Shown: one piece after another, positions 11,403 to 22,725 of the stretch
Position numbering within the stretch: position 1 is the stretch's first letter
How the letters are laid out: every line of letters begins with the position of its first letter
Assembly (NCBI GenBank): GCA_001662655.1
Contig: KV460252.1
Length of the DNA: 64,000 nucleotides
Reading direction: 5' to 3' (one strand)
DNA from: Pseudogymnoascus verrucosus
Lineage: Eukaryota
Notes under the pieces: generated by a model
The model's database searches: none
Told to the model about the DNA's origin: nothing
The model's input: the letters and a program-made list of their open reading frames with translations, nothing else
Made by a program: the position numbers and the translations under genes

Positions 11403-14400
11403 TTAAAAGAACTTCCCAGCCACAGACTTAAACAAAAGATTCCTCTTCTGCTTGCTCACAAACTTGCTCGCATCATCCGCCCACCCAGCACTGTTCTCCT
11501 GCGTACGCTCCATCGTATCACCCATAACCCCCAGCTGCTCCGTCCGCTCATTGAACTGTCTCGTCATGTAATCGCCCCAGCCCTCCGTCTTGGCACTAGG
11601 TCCTGGCCGTGCTTGGTTCGACGCGCGCTGCTCCTCCGCCGCCGCCGCCATCATACGTTTGCTAGGCGGGCGATCCGGTCCGCCAATGAGCAAGTCTAGG
11701 TCTGTAGGGCTGACGTACATCGTCCCTGAGATCCACTGCATGTTGGAGATTGTCGGTCGCGGCGGGATAAGTGCCTCAATATTGAACAGGCGGTCGTCAG
11801 ACCGCGCGAGTGGCTGCCCGGTGCCCCAAGCGTTCAGCATCGCAAGCTCGGAGGGACCGGCCCAGCCGAATATGTCGCCTGAGGGCGTGACGATGCTACT
11901 TGAGATGCGGGACTTGTCGAGCATCGGCAGGTTCTGCACACCTAGTTCTTTGAGGGCGGGGATAGAGTAGGCACGTGCGGTACCATCACCGAAGACACCA
12001 ACGATGGCGTAGCCATGGAGAAGAAAGTGGGTTACTGATGCGGCGTGGCACATGACTGTTGAATCATCCCAGGTTTTCTGTGCTCCCTTCGCGGTAGCGG
12101 GTTTGAAGACCCGTACTTCAGCTTCGGTGACTGCAAAATAGGGTTAGCCACTTGCAATACTACTATCAAAGAGGTAAATAACGTACCGACTACAAGCATT
12201 CCAGGGATGATGCGCCCTTCACGGAGGGACGCTACTGTGGGGCCATCAGCTACAGCCGGCTGTCCAGAGGTGGCAATAATCGGGCAGATAGAGACAACAC
12301 GGTCATTCAACTGTGCGACTCCCGCAAACTGTGTCGTGTAGCCTCCATTTTGCTGCGGCAGGATCTTAAATGTCGCTACTCGCCCTAGGTTAGTACCAAC
12401 GAAGCAGCATATGCTTGAATATTCGTCGCTGTCGAGGGTCAAGACACCAAAGGCAATCGAGACAGCCCAGTCGGTCTTGGGTCCACCGTGGCTGCTGCTT
12501 CTGTTGAAAAGGCTACCTTTCTTTTCATGCTTCGCGAAGTCATTTACAGAACCGTCAAATATTATTGCTGGGCCCCGAAGATCGATGATCGCGAAAGTGC
12601 CATCTTCAGATCCAACTCCGATGAAGCCCACATCAGACATCTTCAACGCAGAAATAGGCCCATGAGCCATGTTATAAAGAACAAAGGGTTGCAAGCCCTC
12701 TCTCAACCCAGGCTCGGCCCTGTCGCTAATATTCTCGATGGTTCCCGGCCTGACAGCAACAGGAGGGGAAGGCTCAAACCCCTTGAGTTTGTTTCCACCC
12801 CACCTGTAAATGGCAACTTCACCAGACTTTGTGCCAACAGCCATCTCTCCGGTTTGACCAGCCATATTTATGGCCGTAATTTCAATGTTCTCATACCTTC
12901 CAAGTGATCGAGCCACATCAATCTGAAGAACACCGCTATTCTCCAACTTGTCCGAGGTCCCTGCATCCCAGATTCGAACTGTGCCATCACCATGAGCTGT
13001 CTGTATGATTGTCCTGTCTTCGTGTTTGCGGACGTTTTTGCTCCCTCCAACGCCGCCACGTAATAACGGGGGACCTTGCTGCCGTTTCTCCGTCATTCCT
13101 AGCCATCTAGTTCTATTGACGGTTGTGACAGAACATGAAACAACAAATGGATGAACAAATGTCAGCGACGGGTGCAGCTGGTTCGTGGGCGATATAGGGT
13201 GCCCGCTAGGAAATGATAGTGTAATAAGCTCCCCTGATGATAATAAGGCGATGACAGCAATGGGATCTTGTGCGCCGTCAAAATGAGGCGAGGCGCGAGG
13301 AATAAGGCAGTAATCAATAACCTCAGCACCGGCCGGTGTCTCGAGGAGCTTCTGCTGTTTTCCCTTGAAATGGTCGGTCAAAGTTTGCCATGACGAAGTT
13401 GCATAAACCGGTGTAGGACCAAGCTCCAAAAATGTAAGTCCCTTGGTTTGCGCAGACATTGGAATCCCACCGGCGATTAACAATCCCGTGTCATCAGGGT
13501 TGGTCTTCGCGCACCACGAAATCTTAGCATACGGTTCTTTGATAGACAGGCCTCCTTTGGAGCCACCAGGCTTGCTACCTGGCTGGTCTACGTGTAGATC
13601 ATCTAGAGTGCGAGCCATGACGACTCTACCATCCTTTGGATCCCAGAAAACAAGGCTACCATCTTCATGTGCCGTAAGAACGAATGTCCCGGTTGGATGC
13701 CATAAACACTGTGTGAGCCGGGGCCTGCGGGTATCTCCAACGACGTTTGGATCGGAGGCACCCCCTGGGGCGCCGGGCGGAACTTCATATTGAAAGAACT
13801 TCGTAGCTTTTGCCTCTTTAAATGAATAAATCACAGCGCCTTCTGTGTATCCAATAAGAAGCTGGCCAATATCCCTCGGGTGCAATTGCAAGGAAACGAC
13901 AGATAGAATCCGAGACCTCGGACTTCGTTCACGAAAAAAGTTCGGCAGTCGGAGCGGCGCTGCCCTCTCACGGTCAAGATCAAACGCAACAATTTCGCCC
14001 TGTTGTAGTCCCAGGAATGCCCAGTCAAGCATAGGGTCTGTTGCCAGGCACGTAACGATGCCAGGTGCCGTATAGCTGCATATCTTCTTGCCGCCTCCGA
14101 TTAGGTCCCATACCGTCAGCTCGTTCTTCGTGTCAAGGCTCAGCAATTTGTCTGCACAGAACCGTAATTCTTTGACCGATGCTCGCCGAGACAATTTAAT
14201 TGTGACTTGGACTCGGTCCCTGCCGAATATATAGATTTGTCCACTTCCATACTGCGATTCGTTCGTGCCCACTGCCAGCAGTGATTGCACCGGGTCGTAC
14301 GCAAACGTACTGCGGAACGGGTGGGATCAGTTACCAGTCCAGATATGAGCATTATTAAAGCGGATTACCTTATTTGTGAGTTGATGCCATATCGAGCTTC

Positions 14401-14487
14401 ATCGTCAATCGTAAACAGTCCAGGCAAGATAGACGCAGACAGGTCAGTGTGCATGCCAGACTGCTTGGACCGGATAAAGGCGGCCAT
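11403..14487 (-). CDS. SRO7: Lgl/tomosyn-family WD40 SNARE regulator Sro7/Sro77
   Basis: Starts MAAFIRSKQSGMHTDLS..ARYGINSQI, then AYDPVQSLLAVGT, LHPRDIGQLLIGY, WHPTGTFVLTAHEDGSLVFWD, SDVGFIGVG and PPRPTISNMQWISGT. C-terminal SNARE-like helix. Introns near 14308-14368 and 12132-12186. Confidence 0.92.
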
Positions 14488-15339
14488 AGTGGGCTAGTTC
14501 TCTGATATATCGCCCGTATGGCTTTCAAATACTCAGGCCTAGAATCTGTATCCTTATGGGGTGAGGAATCGATTTATTTGCTTGACGCAACGAAGCATAA
14601 AGGGCCAAGGCGACATGTGGTTCTTGGTGATCCGACCATGTACAGTACGTAACTGCCCCGCCGAAACGGCACAAGGCTGGAGCCGTAACCCCCACTGTCT
14701 CAGCCTTGCGCCAAGCGTCATCAGATTTAACGAACTGGTGTGTTGGCGATGTTTGATGATTTAACAGCAAGTCAGAGAATAACTGTGCAAATGGTAAATA
14801 TATATTAATAATAAATCCCTAGACTCGGTCTTTGTATTTTGTGCTGCCTTAACTTATGTCCATATTTACAAGCTAATAGCTTCCGAAAATGTAGAATAAT
14901 TAGATGATTCATAAATGAATTAGCTGCAATTTATTAAATTCAAAAAATCACAACGAATAACTTCTCTCTTGGATTTACAAGACAACAGTGTTTGAAAACA
15001 CCTCAGTATGGCACGGTAACTAGAGGTTAGATATGAAACGAAGGGATATATTCTTAGTCCAAATTAAGAGATGGGATAGGAAGAAATAGGACGAGAAAGC
15101 CAACAACTGGCCGACACGGTCAACCCACGAAACACCAGCACTAAAATCGTCCATCATTATTTGTCATAGTAAATCTCATATAGTATAATCTATGTAAGAG
15201 AACGTATGCGAGATAGTTATCCACTTTCCCACGATGATAATTCCAACAGGCGGCTGGTAAAAGTTCTGTTGAAGATGTCTGGAGGACCCCAGCTTTCGCC
15301 TTGTGGGCCTCTCGAACTAATCCAAGAACAACAGCAAGT

Positions 15340-16236
15340 TTACTTCTTGACAACCTTCTTCTTGGTGGGCCCCATAGCAGCCTCCTTCCTCTTCTGCTCG
15401 CGGGCCTCGACTTCCGCCTTCTTGGCCTTATCGGCCTCTTCACGCTCTTCCTTCTCAGCCTAGGACCGGTTAGTATCGTCGCCATCAAATCGGTATCATG
15501 GTCTATAACGTACCTGCTTCCTCGCAGCCTCAGCCTCTCTCTTCTCCTTAATCAGCTTCAGTCTTGCCAAATCAGCCTTCGCTTCATCGGTCTTGCCAGC
15601 CTCATGCATCTTCTGATATCTCTCCTTGGCTTGTTGCGCTTGTAACGCCTCCCTCTCGCGTCTGCTCAACTCGCCAACTGGCTTTGGCTTGCCCTTGCCA
15701 CCGACGCTAAGGCCCTTGACTCCGTCGGCAGCCTCGTCCACACTGATAGGTGGTGCGCTCGCCTGGTTCCTGGCTGCCTTGCTATGGTTGGGGTTGGCAG
15801 GCATATCATCATCCTCGCTATCCTCCTCTTCCTCCGAGCTGCTTGGAAGATCGCCGGGCTGTGCCACGGTGTTCTTCTTCTTCGCGATAGCAGCCTCTTT
15901 CTTCGCCTTAGCAGCGGCACGGCGCTCCTCACGGGTCATCTCGGGCTTGTTGGCGTCATCCTCGCTCTCCTCTTCGGAGTCGTCCTCCTCTTCTTCCTCA
16001 GAGGATTCGGCAGCCTCAGCGCCTTCACCCCACATTCCGAGCTCGTTTCCATCGGCATCGAGAGGTCGTAGGTTCTTCGAGAAGTGCTTGCCGCCTGCAG
16101 AGAAGGGTGGATGGTTAGCTGGTGAAGAGAGAGGGAGATACAAGCTGAGTTATTAATACTAACCTCCGCGAGTGAACTTCTTGAACTTTCCGCCACGTCC
16201 TCTGCTGCTGCTTCCTGGGGGTCCTCCTGGAGCCAT
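15340..16236 (-). CDS. PP28/PDAP1-like (casein kinase substrate) charged protein, 3 exons
   Basis: [78 protein letters not shown], which matches the PP28 domain pattern. Confidence 0.85.
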
Positions 16237-17129
16237 TTTCGGTCGTTTGAGGAAGTATTTGAAATAGAAAGTGTGTGATAAGTTTCGAACTCGAGAGAAT
16301 AACTGTCAAAGAGCTGGCCGTGTTAGTTTTGAAGTGATAAGTTAGAAATGAAGGTGGTATTGTTTACCTGTTTACTTGCTTTCGCTTTGGCGTGAATCAC
16401 AGTTGCTGCCCAAAAAGGAGGGGTAATTCACCGCCCCTCCAAACCTGAATCCGTGCGTTTTCAAAGCGCCAAGATGCATTTTCACGCTATCCTGAATCAG
16501 GCTCTAGGACACATGCCTCGCGCCAAGACTGTACACGTGACGAGCCGAGTGAAATTTCCGACTATTTAATCTTCGCGAATCTCGCGCTCTTCTTTCCTCT
16601 CCACATAAAACTATCATCCTTCATATTCACTCTGTTCCTTTCTTCTCAGTGGAGGCTTGGAGGGGAAATGACAGGAAAGAATACATTCCATTCTGCGTCG
16701 ACTATCTATCCTTGAGTTTTGGCGTGCAAACGCGTAGGCTGGAGATTGATGGCTGGCGGTACATTCTTGCTACAAGACACCCCTTTTGATATGAGGATTT
16801 GTTGGCTACCAATATTCTGATACGATACGAGTATTATAAGTAAACATCTATAAGTAAACGTATATAATGAAATCCGAAAAGAATACAGAGTGTTCTGTTT
16901 ACATAAATAACTCTTGAGATGCTCAGTGTCTTGCTTGTCCGTTTTTGACATGCTGTTGACCCCAGAACTTCCACGCGTGCTATGCCCTTCAAAGAGGCTC
17001 TGAGATCCGTCTTAACCTGGAGATATTGAACATACACCTGATATATCCATCTATAGAGTACCATCGGATCCAAGTATTATAGCAACGTTCATTCCCTTCT
17101 GTTTGCCCATAAAAAACTTCGTTGGTGGT

Positions 17130-17149
17130 GTTGTTGTTGTTGTTGTTGT
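17130..17149. repeat. (GTT)6 microsatellite
   Basis: Read directly from the sequence: gttgttgttgttgttgttgt. Confidence 0.9.
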
Positions 17150-17536
17150 CCCAGGAGCATTTGTATTGAAAGCATTTGATTGGCTGATTCGATTTGAGCC
17201 TCTCGACGCTTAGTAAGCACCTGTCATTGACTGGAAATGAATGTTGCGCCTCAAATTGCTTCGCGACAACTTTCTTTGACGATATCAACGTCACAGCTAC
17301 TGGACTGAAATAACGAATCTATTCAGTCTTGATTTACCTTGAGCTAACGAACAGAATCTGCGATAAAATCAATTTGCGATGACCGTTGCTGTTATTACGC
17401 GCTTTTAGTTGCCAAACTCCCGTATGATTTCATCTCTTCCTCCAAACCGAGATCATATCAGCTAATGAACAACAGGCCCCTAACTACACACCCTATCTTT
17501 TACATACCCTTTCAAGAACACTTTTCAATTGGCAGT

Positions 17537-20500
17537 ATGGCGGAGGATGATGCGGAGATTGCGCTCTTGCATCAGATGCAGAGTGGGCAAGAGAGCGTGT
17601 CGTGGGGACAAGGCGCAGATGATACAGAAGAGGGTGTTGGTGCTACAAATACAGAAAATAGCGACCAAGCTGTGAAAGAAGAAGAAAAAGATTTCTCCGA
17701 TGATCAAGTCCTTCGTGCTTTATCCCCATCTGATGCTCTGTCTGATGGCGAAGAATATAATCCGGAATCAGCCAATCCAGTTCCAAGTCACACAACTACG
17801 AGTCTAGCTGGCACGGGGCCTCCATCCAGAGCGTCTCCGGCGCGAAAGCCCAAGACCATTGGTGGGTTCTTGGCAGATGACTCTGACGACGAAGATGATG
17901 TTGAGATTGCGACGTCAAAGTCGACTGCACTTCTCCAGCCCCCGACCAGTGGTCCAACTCGCTCCGTGTCAAGATCTCCTCTACACCTCGAAGCTGTGCC
18001 TCAAGACTCTGCAGCTCAAACCCCTGTTCCGACCTTGGAGACTCCTAACCCCCTAGGTGATGGTGAACAAACTAGCGCTAGTGTCTCCAATCAAACTTCT
18101 ACTCCCAACGCCTCAGCAACTGTCACTGCACCAATCGCAGGTACTAGCTTACCCAAAGCACGGCTTCCCCATGATAGAGTAGGTATCTTAGAGGACCGAA
18201 TCAAGGAAGATCCAAGGGGCGACTTGGATGCCTGGCTCTCCCTCATCACAGAACACCGAAATCGCAACAAGCTGGATGATGCTCGGGTTGTTTACGACCG
18301 GTTTTTCAAAGTGTTCCCCATGGCGGTATGAAATCCAACCACCAGCTTCTATTATCCCTAGGACTTTTCGCTGACATCAATGACAGGCTGATATTTGGGT
18401 TGCCTATGCTGAAATGGAGTTGGGCATTGACAACTTCTTCGCTGCGGAGCAGATCTTTGGCAAGTCGCTACTCACAGTACCCCATGTCCAGCTATGGTCC
18501 GTCTATCTCAATTATATTCGCCGCCGCAATGACCTAACCAACGACGTCACTGGATCTGCACGGGCGACCATATCACAGGCATATGATTTTGTGTTGGCAA
18601 ACGTTGGCATTGATAGAGACTCTGGCAAAATTTGGCAAGAATATATTCAATTCATCCGCAGCGCCCCTGGACAGATTGGAGGCAGTAGTTGGCAGGACCA
18701 ACAAAAAATGGATCAAATGCGCAAAGCTTATCAACGTGCCGTTTGTGTTCCAATGTCTAACGTAAATGCTCTATGGAAAGAGTACGACCAGTTTGAGATG
18801 AGCCTGAACAAGATTACTGTGCGTCCAAGTCTATGAAATGGTTAATAATCGCAACTGACATGTGTATAGGGCCGGAAATTCCTTCAGGAAAAGTCTCCAT
18901 CGTACATGACAGCAAGAAGCGCAAACACTGCGATGGAAAATATTACACGCGGCCTTGTGCGTACTAATCTCCCACGCCTCCCTCCGGCACTCGGCTTTGA
19001 AGGGGACAAGGAGTACCTGGAGCAGGTTGGCTTTTGGAGACAGTGGATCAACTGGGAACAAGAAGATCCTTTAGTCTTCCGAGACGAAGATATTCAGGCC
19101 TACAAACAGAGAGTCATTTACGTCTACAAACACGCGGTTATGGCATTGAGGTTCTGGCCAGAGATGTGGGTTGAAGCTGCAGAGTGGTCCTTCAACAACG
19201 GCATGGAGAAAGAAGGCAACGATTTCTTAAGCCAAGGGATTGCTGCGAATCCAGAGAGCTGCCTTCTGGCCTTTAAGCAAGCTGATCGCTTGGAGACCGT
19301 GCTGCCAATGGAGGAAGGGGAAGAAGGCCTTGTCAGCAGAGGAGCTGCCGTCAGGGCTCCATACAATACACTGCTTGACGCGTTGTATGATTTAATAAAG
19401 AAGCTGAAAACCCGCGAAAATGCAGAATTGGCTAGAATTCAAGAGTTTGCGATGCTGGATTCATCCATCAATCCTGCCTTTGATAGGGGGGACGATGATG
19501 AGGATGATACCGACAGATTACTGAAGGAGGCAAAAGAATCCGCACGAGACAACCAACTGAAGGTTGTGAAACAAGGGTATCACATGCAGTCGGAACTGAC
19601 ACAGCGCACGCTGTCATTTGCATGGATTGCTCTTATGAGAGCTATGCGAAGAGTGCAGGGTAAAGGCAAAGTCGGTGCCCCTGTTGGTGGCTCACGCCAG
19701 ATTCTGAGCGATGCCCGTGTCAAAGGGAAGATTACTAGCGATGTATACATCGCCAGTGCTTTGATTGAGCACAACGTATACAAAGACCCGGCTGGGACAA
19801 AGATATTCGAGAAGGGCGCAAAGCTGTTTCCAGAAGATGAACTATTCATATTGGAATATCTCAAACACCTGTTGTCCATTGGCGACACTACAAGTATGTA
19901 TACCAAGAAACCCCAACTGTTCGCATATTCTAACAACTCATAGATGCCAGAGCCGTCTTCGAGACATCCGTGAATCGACTCACCCAGAAACCTGAAAACG
20001 TTGCAAAAGCCAAGCCACTCTACGTGTTTTTCCACAAATACGAGTCAGAATATGGTGAACTTTCTCAAATCAACAGGCTGGAGCAACGAATGGCGGATTT
20101 GTTCCCAGAAGACCAAAGACTCGCGAGGTTCTCATCGCGATACTCCTCTGAAAGATTCGACCCTACTGTTGTCCGTCTAATCATCTCACCAGTGGCACAG
20201 ATGCGTCCAAAGTCTATCATGCAGTCTATCGAAGAGCCGATTTCGGTGCAGCCGAGCCCAAGGCCGCAATACAGGGAGGTTAGCCCCCGTCCACAGCCCC
20301 GACAGGAGGTTAACCCCATCCCGGCTTATTTACAGCCAACAAACTCTCCAAAGCGCCCGCTTGGAGGAGAAGAATCTGACAACGAGTCTGGCCGCCCAAG
20401 GAAACTTGTTCGTGGGGAGTCACCCCTGAAAGGAGCTGCAGGTCGCCGCCTGGACCAACAGAAGAGGATGCAGCAGACTCACGGCGGCGTTCAACAGTGG

Positions 20501-20692
20501 CAATCCAACGGTCCAGCACAGTTCATGATTCCCAGGGATATCACATTTTTGCTCAGCATCATCCCGCGGGCAGAGACATATAACGCCACGCTGTTCAACG
20601 CAGAAGCTATGGTACGACTACTGGACAAAACGCCCATTCCGGATTACAGCACTTGGAAGGCGTCGCGTGACCAGGCGCCAAGATATTATTGA
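17537..20692 (+). CDS. RNA14: mRNA 3'-end processing factor Rna14 (CstF-77 homolog, HAT repeats), 4 exons
   Basis: RLPHDRVGILEDRIKEDPRGDLDAWLSLI, VQLWSVYLNYIRR, WQDQQKMDQMRKAYQRA, ALRFWPEMW, WIALMRAMRRVQG and FHKYESEYGEL. GT-AG introns near 18326-18387, 18820-18869 and 19894-19943. Confidence 0.94.
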
Positions 20693-22004
20693 GGAGGGAC
20701 GGGGCTTGTATGTTGAAAGGATTTACGGTGAATGAGGGTACAGAAGATCTGTGGATTTGTATTATATGAGGGAGATTCGGGACTGAAGATGGCCAGCATG
20801 GAGTTGTGCAGGGAGTTGTTATCTAGGAAAGGTGCATTAGTGGTTCGCATAGCCAAAATGAAATCAGGAACCCTGGTATTGTTCATTTGTTTTGCTTCAT
20901 TTGTGATGGTTTCCTATGCTATTATGTTATGCTACGTCTAAGAGAGCTTACATCAAGAAATTCTCAGATATGAGAAGACAGCCGTGTTCACTTTAGTCCC
21001 GTTGTTCTTATATTTTCATATCTGTTACCTTCATAAGGCCCAAGATAGCAATAAGAACAGATTAAAGCCTCTATTCAAACTGGCTGGTAATATAATTCAG
21101 GTGCTCCTTTTCATATATTCAATATACTTCCTAGAACTGAGTTCTATTTGAAGACTTTCATTACCCTGTGGTATCACATGGTCTCTTGCAATACCTTAGT
21201 TATTTGGCCTCACAGTTCCAGATTAAGCAGGCACGCTATCACACCCGGTCCTTCCTCCCTTCCCTTCTTGTTATCCTCAGGTTTCCTCATTAGTAGAAGG
21301 AGAATAATAAGAAAACTACGCTAGCTTAGCGCCATTGGGGCCGAATATCTTGTTGTTGGGCCCCTTTGTCCACCACCTTTTTCTTCTACAGCTTCCTCTC
21401 TTCCTTTCTTCCTTTCTTCTTTTCTTACTTTCCATATTTCGCTCTTTGCCCTCTACCTCGGGGGGCTCAAACCCAACCAAAGCTCACTGCTCTTCATCAT
21501 ATTTACAAATCTCAGGCAAGATAGGCTCTCCAACTCTCCTCTTGCCTGCTTCAGGCTTCAACTCTCTGTCAAGACTCGTTCAGGCTTGTTGCAATACACA
21601 ACAACCAATACAATAACTCGCACATCAAACCAAACACCTACCCACACAGTAATACGCCGTAGTAGTTCACACGCTCAGCAATTGTAAGATCAGCAACTCT
21701 GCAACTCACTTGCTCCTGACAATATATGCTAACTCAATTGGTGATTTAGGTGATCCAGGCATAGCCTCATCTCAGAACGTACATAACTTCGATCTGAGAG
21801 CTGAAACTCTCATTTTTATTTGATCCAAGTGAGTTTCTATTCCAACTCATAGTCAGGAAACATCACTTGATGTGAATTGGGCCTTACGGCTACTGGAATA
21901 CAATCTTTTCATATCAAGCTGAGACGCATCATCTGATAAACTATTCTAACAAAGGTCACAGGAATATCTGTTTGTCGCCTGACAAATAACTCTGCAAGAT
22001 ATCA

Positions 22005-22619
22005 ATGGCATTTCCAGAGCGTCCCCTTCGTGGGCGAGTCGAGCTCCCTGTTCAATGGATTGTGAATGGAGATGGGACGGTAAGTTTTCAACTTTTATTT
22101 CTATCTTTCATCTGTATCTGCCTTTGATTTGTCTTCGGGATCACCATGCACAAACTGTTTCTATCATTTCTCCATACCGCGTGTTACTCCACACGCATTG
22201 TGTTTTATTTTGGGTTGTTTGCCATACCTGATATGAGCTTTCATACCCGTTTCCCAGTCGCAGAGATGAGGAAGCATGGCACATGCATCATGTGGGACTT
22301 GGGAATTGGCAAGCGCTATTCTCATCTTCTACTGCCGATTCCACTGCCGATTATAGGCGCATATTGCCTTGCCATTCTACCGATTCTAAGTGTCAACCCT
22401 CAGTAGTCGGGCAACTACCCGGCAAATTCGAGGGTATATATTCGTGGCCGAGCCAGACTTCCGACCTTCTTCCTTCTTCCTTTCTACACATCACACTTTG
22501 ACCAAGAACCTGAAGCCTTCGAAGACTTCCTTTCATACATTCATACATTCATACACTCAACCCATTCATCCTTTCAAACATTGCTATACACATCATCAGC
22601 CCAAAAAAATCATCATTAA
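22005..22619 (+). CDS. Putative spliced upstream ORF (95 aa) in the Argonaute leader
   Basis: Exon 22005-22079 (25 codons), intron 22080-22406 (GTAAGT...CTAAG...CAGTAG) and exon 22407-22619 give MAFPERPLRGRVELPVQWIVNGDGT|SGNYPANSRVYIRGRARLPTFFLLPFYTSHFDQEPEAFEDFLSYIHTF...NHH*. Splicing is predicted, not observed. Confidence 0.5.
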
Positions 22620-22725
22620 CCCGTGATATCACTCAGTGATATCACAACTACCACATCTCATATTCATCTCCAGTATCCTTTGCCTCATTCTTATCCAAGT
22701 TATCTTTATTCAACCCGACTTCATC

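Noticed and set aside
21860..21940. Possible box C/D snoRNA in AGO leader intron 2 (TTGATGT..CTGA..CTGA)
   Set aside because: Box C deviates from RTGATGA and I found no recognisable rRNA-complementary guide.
22600..22626. CCCAAAAAAA as a frameshift site fusing the uORF to AGO
   Set aside because: The AGO-frame path is blocked by TGA at 22624-22626.
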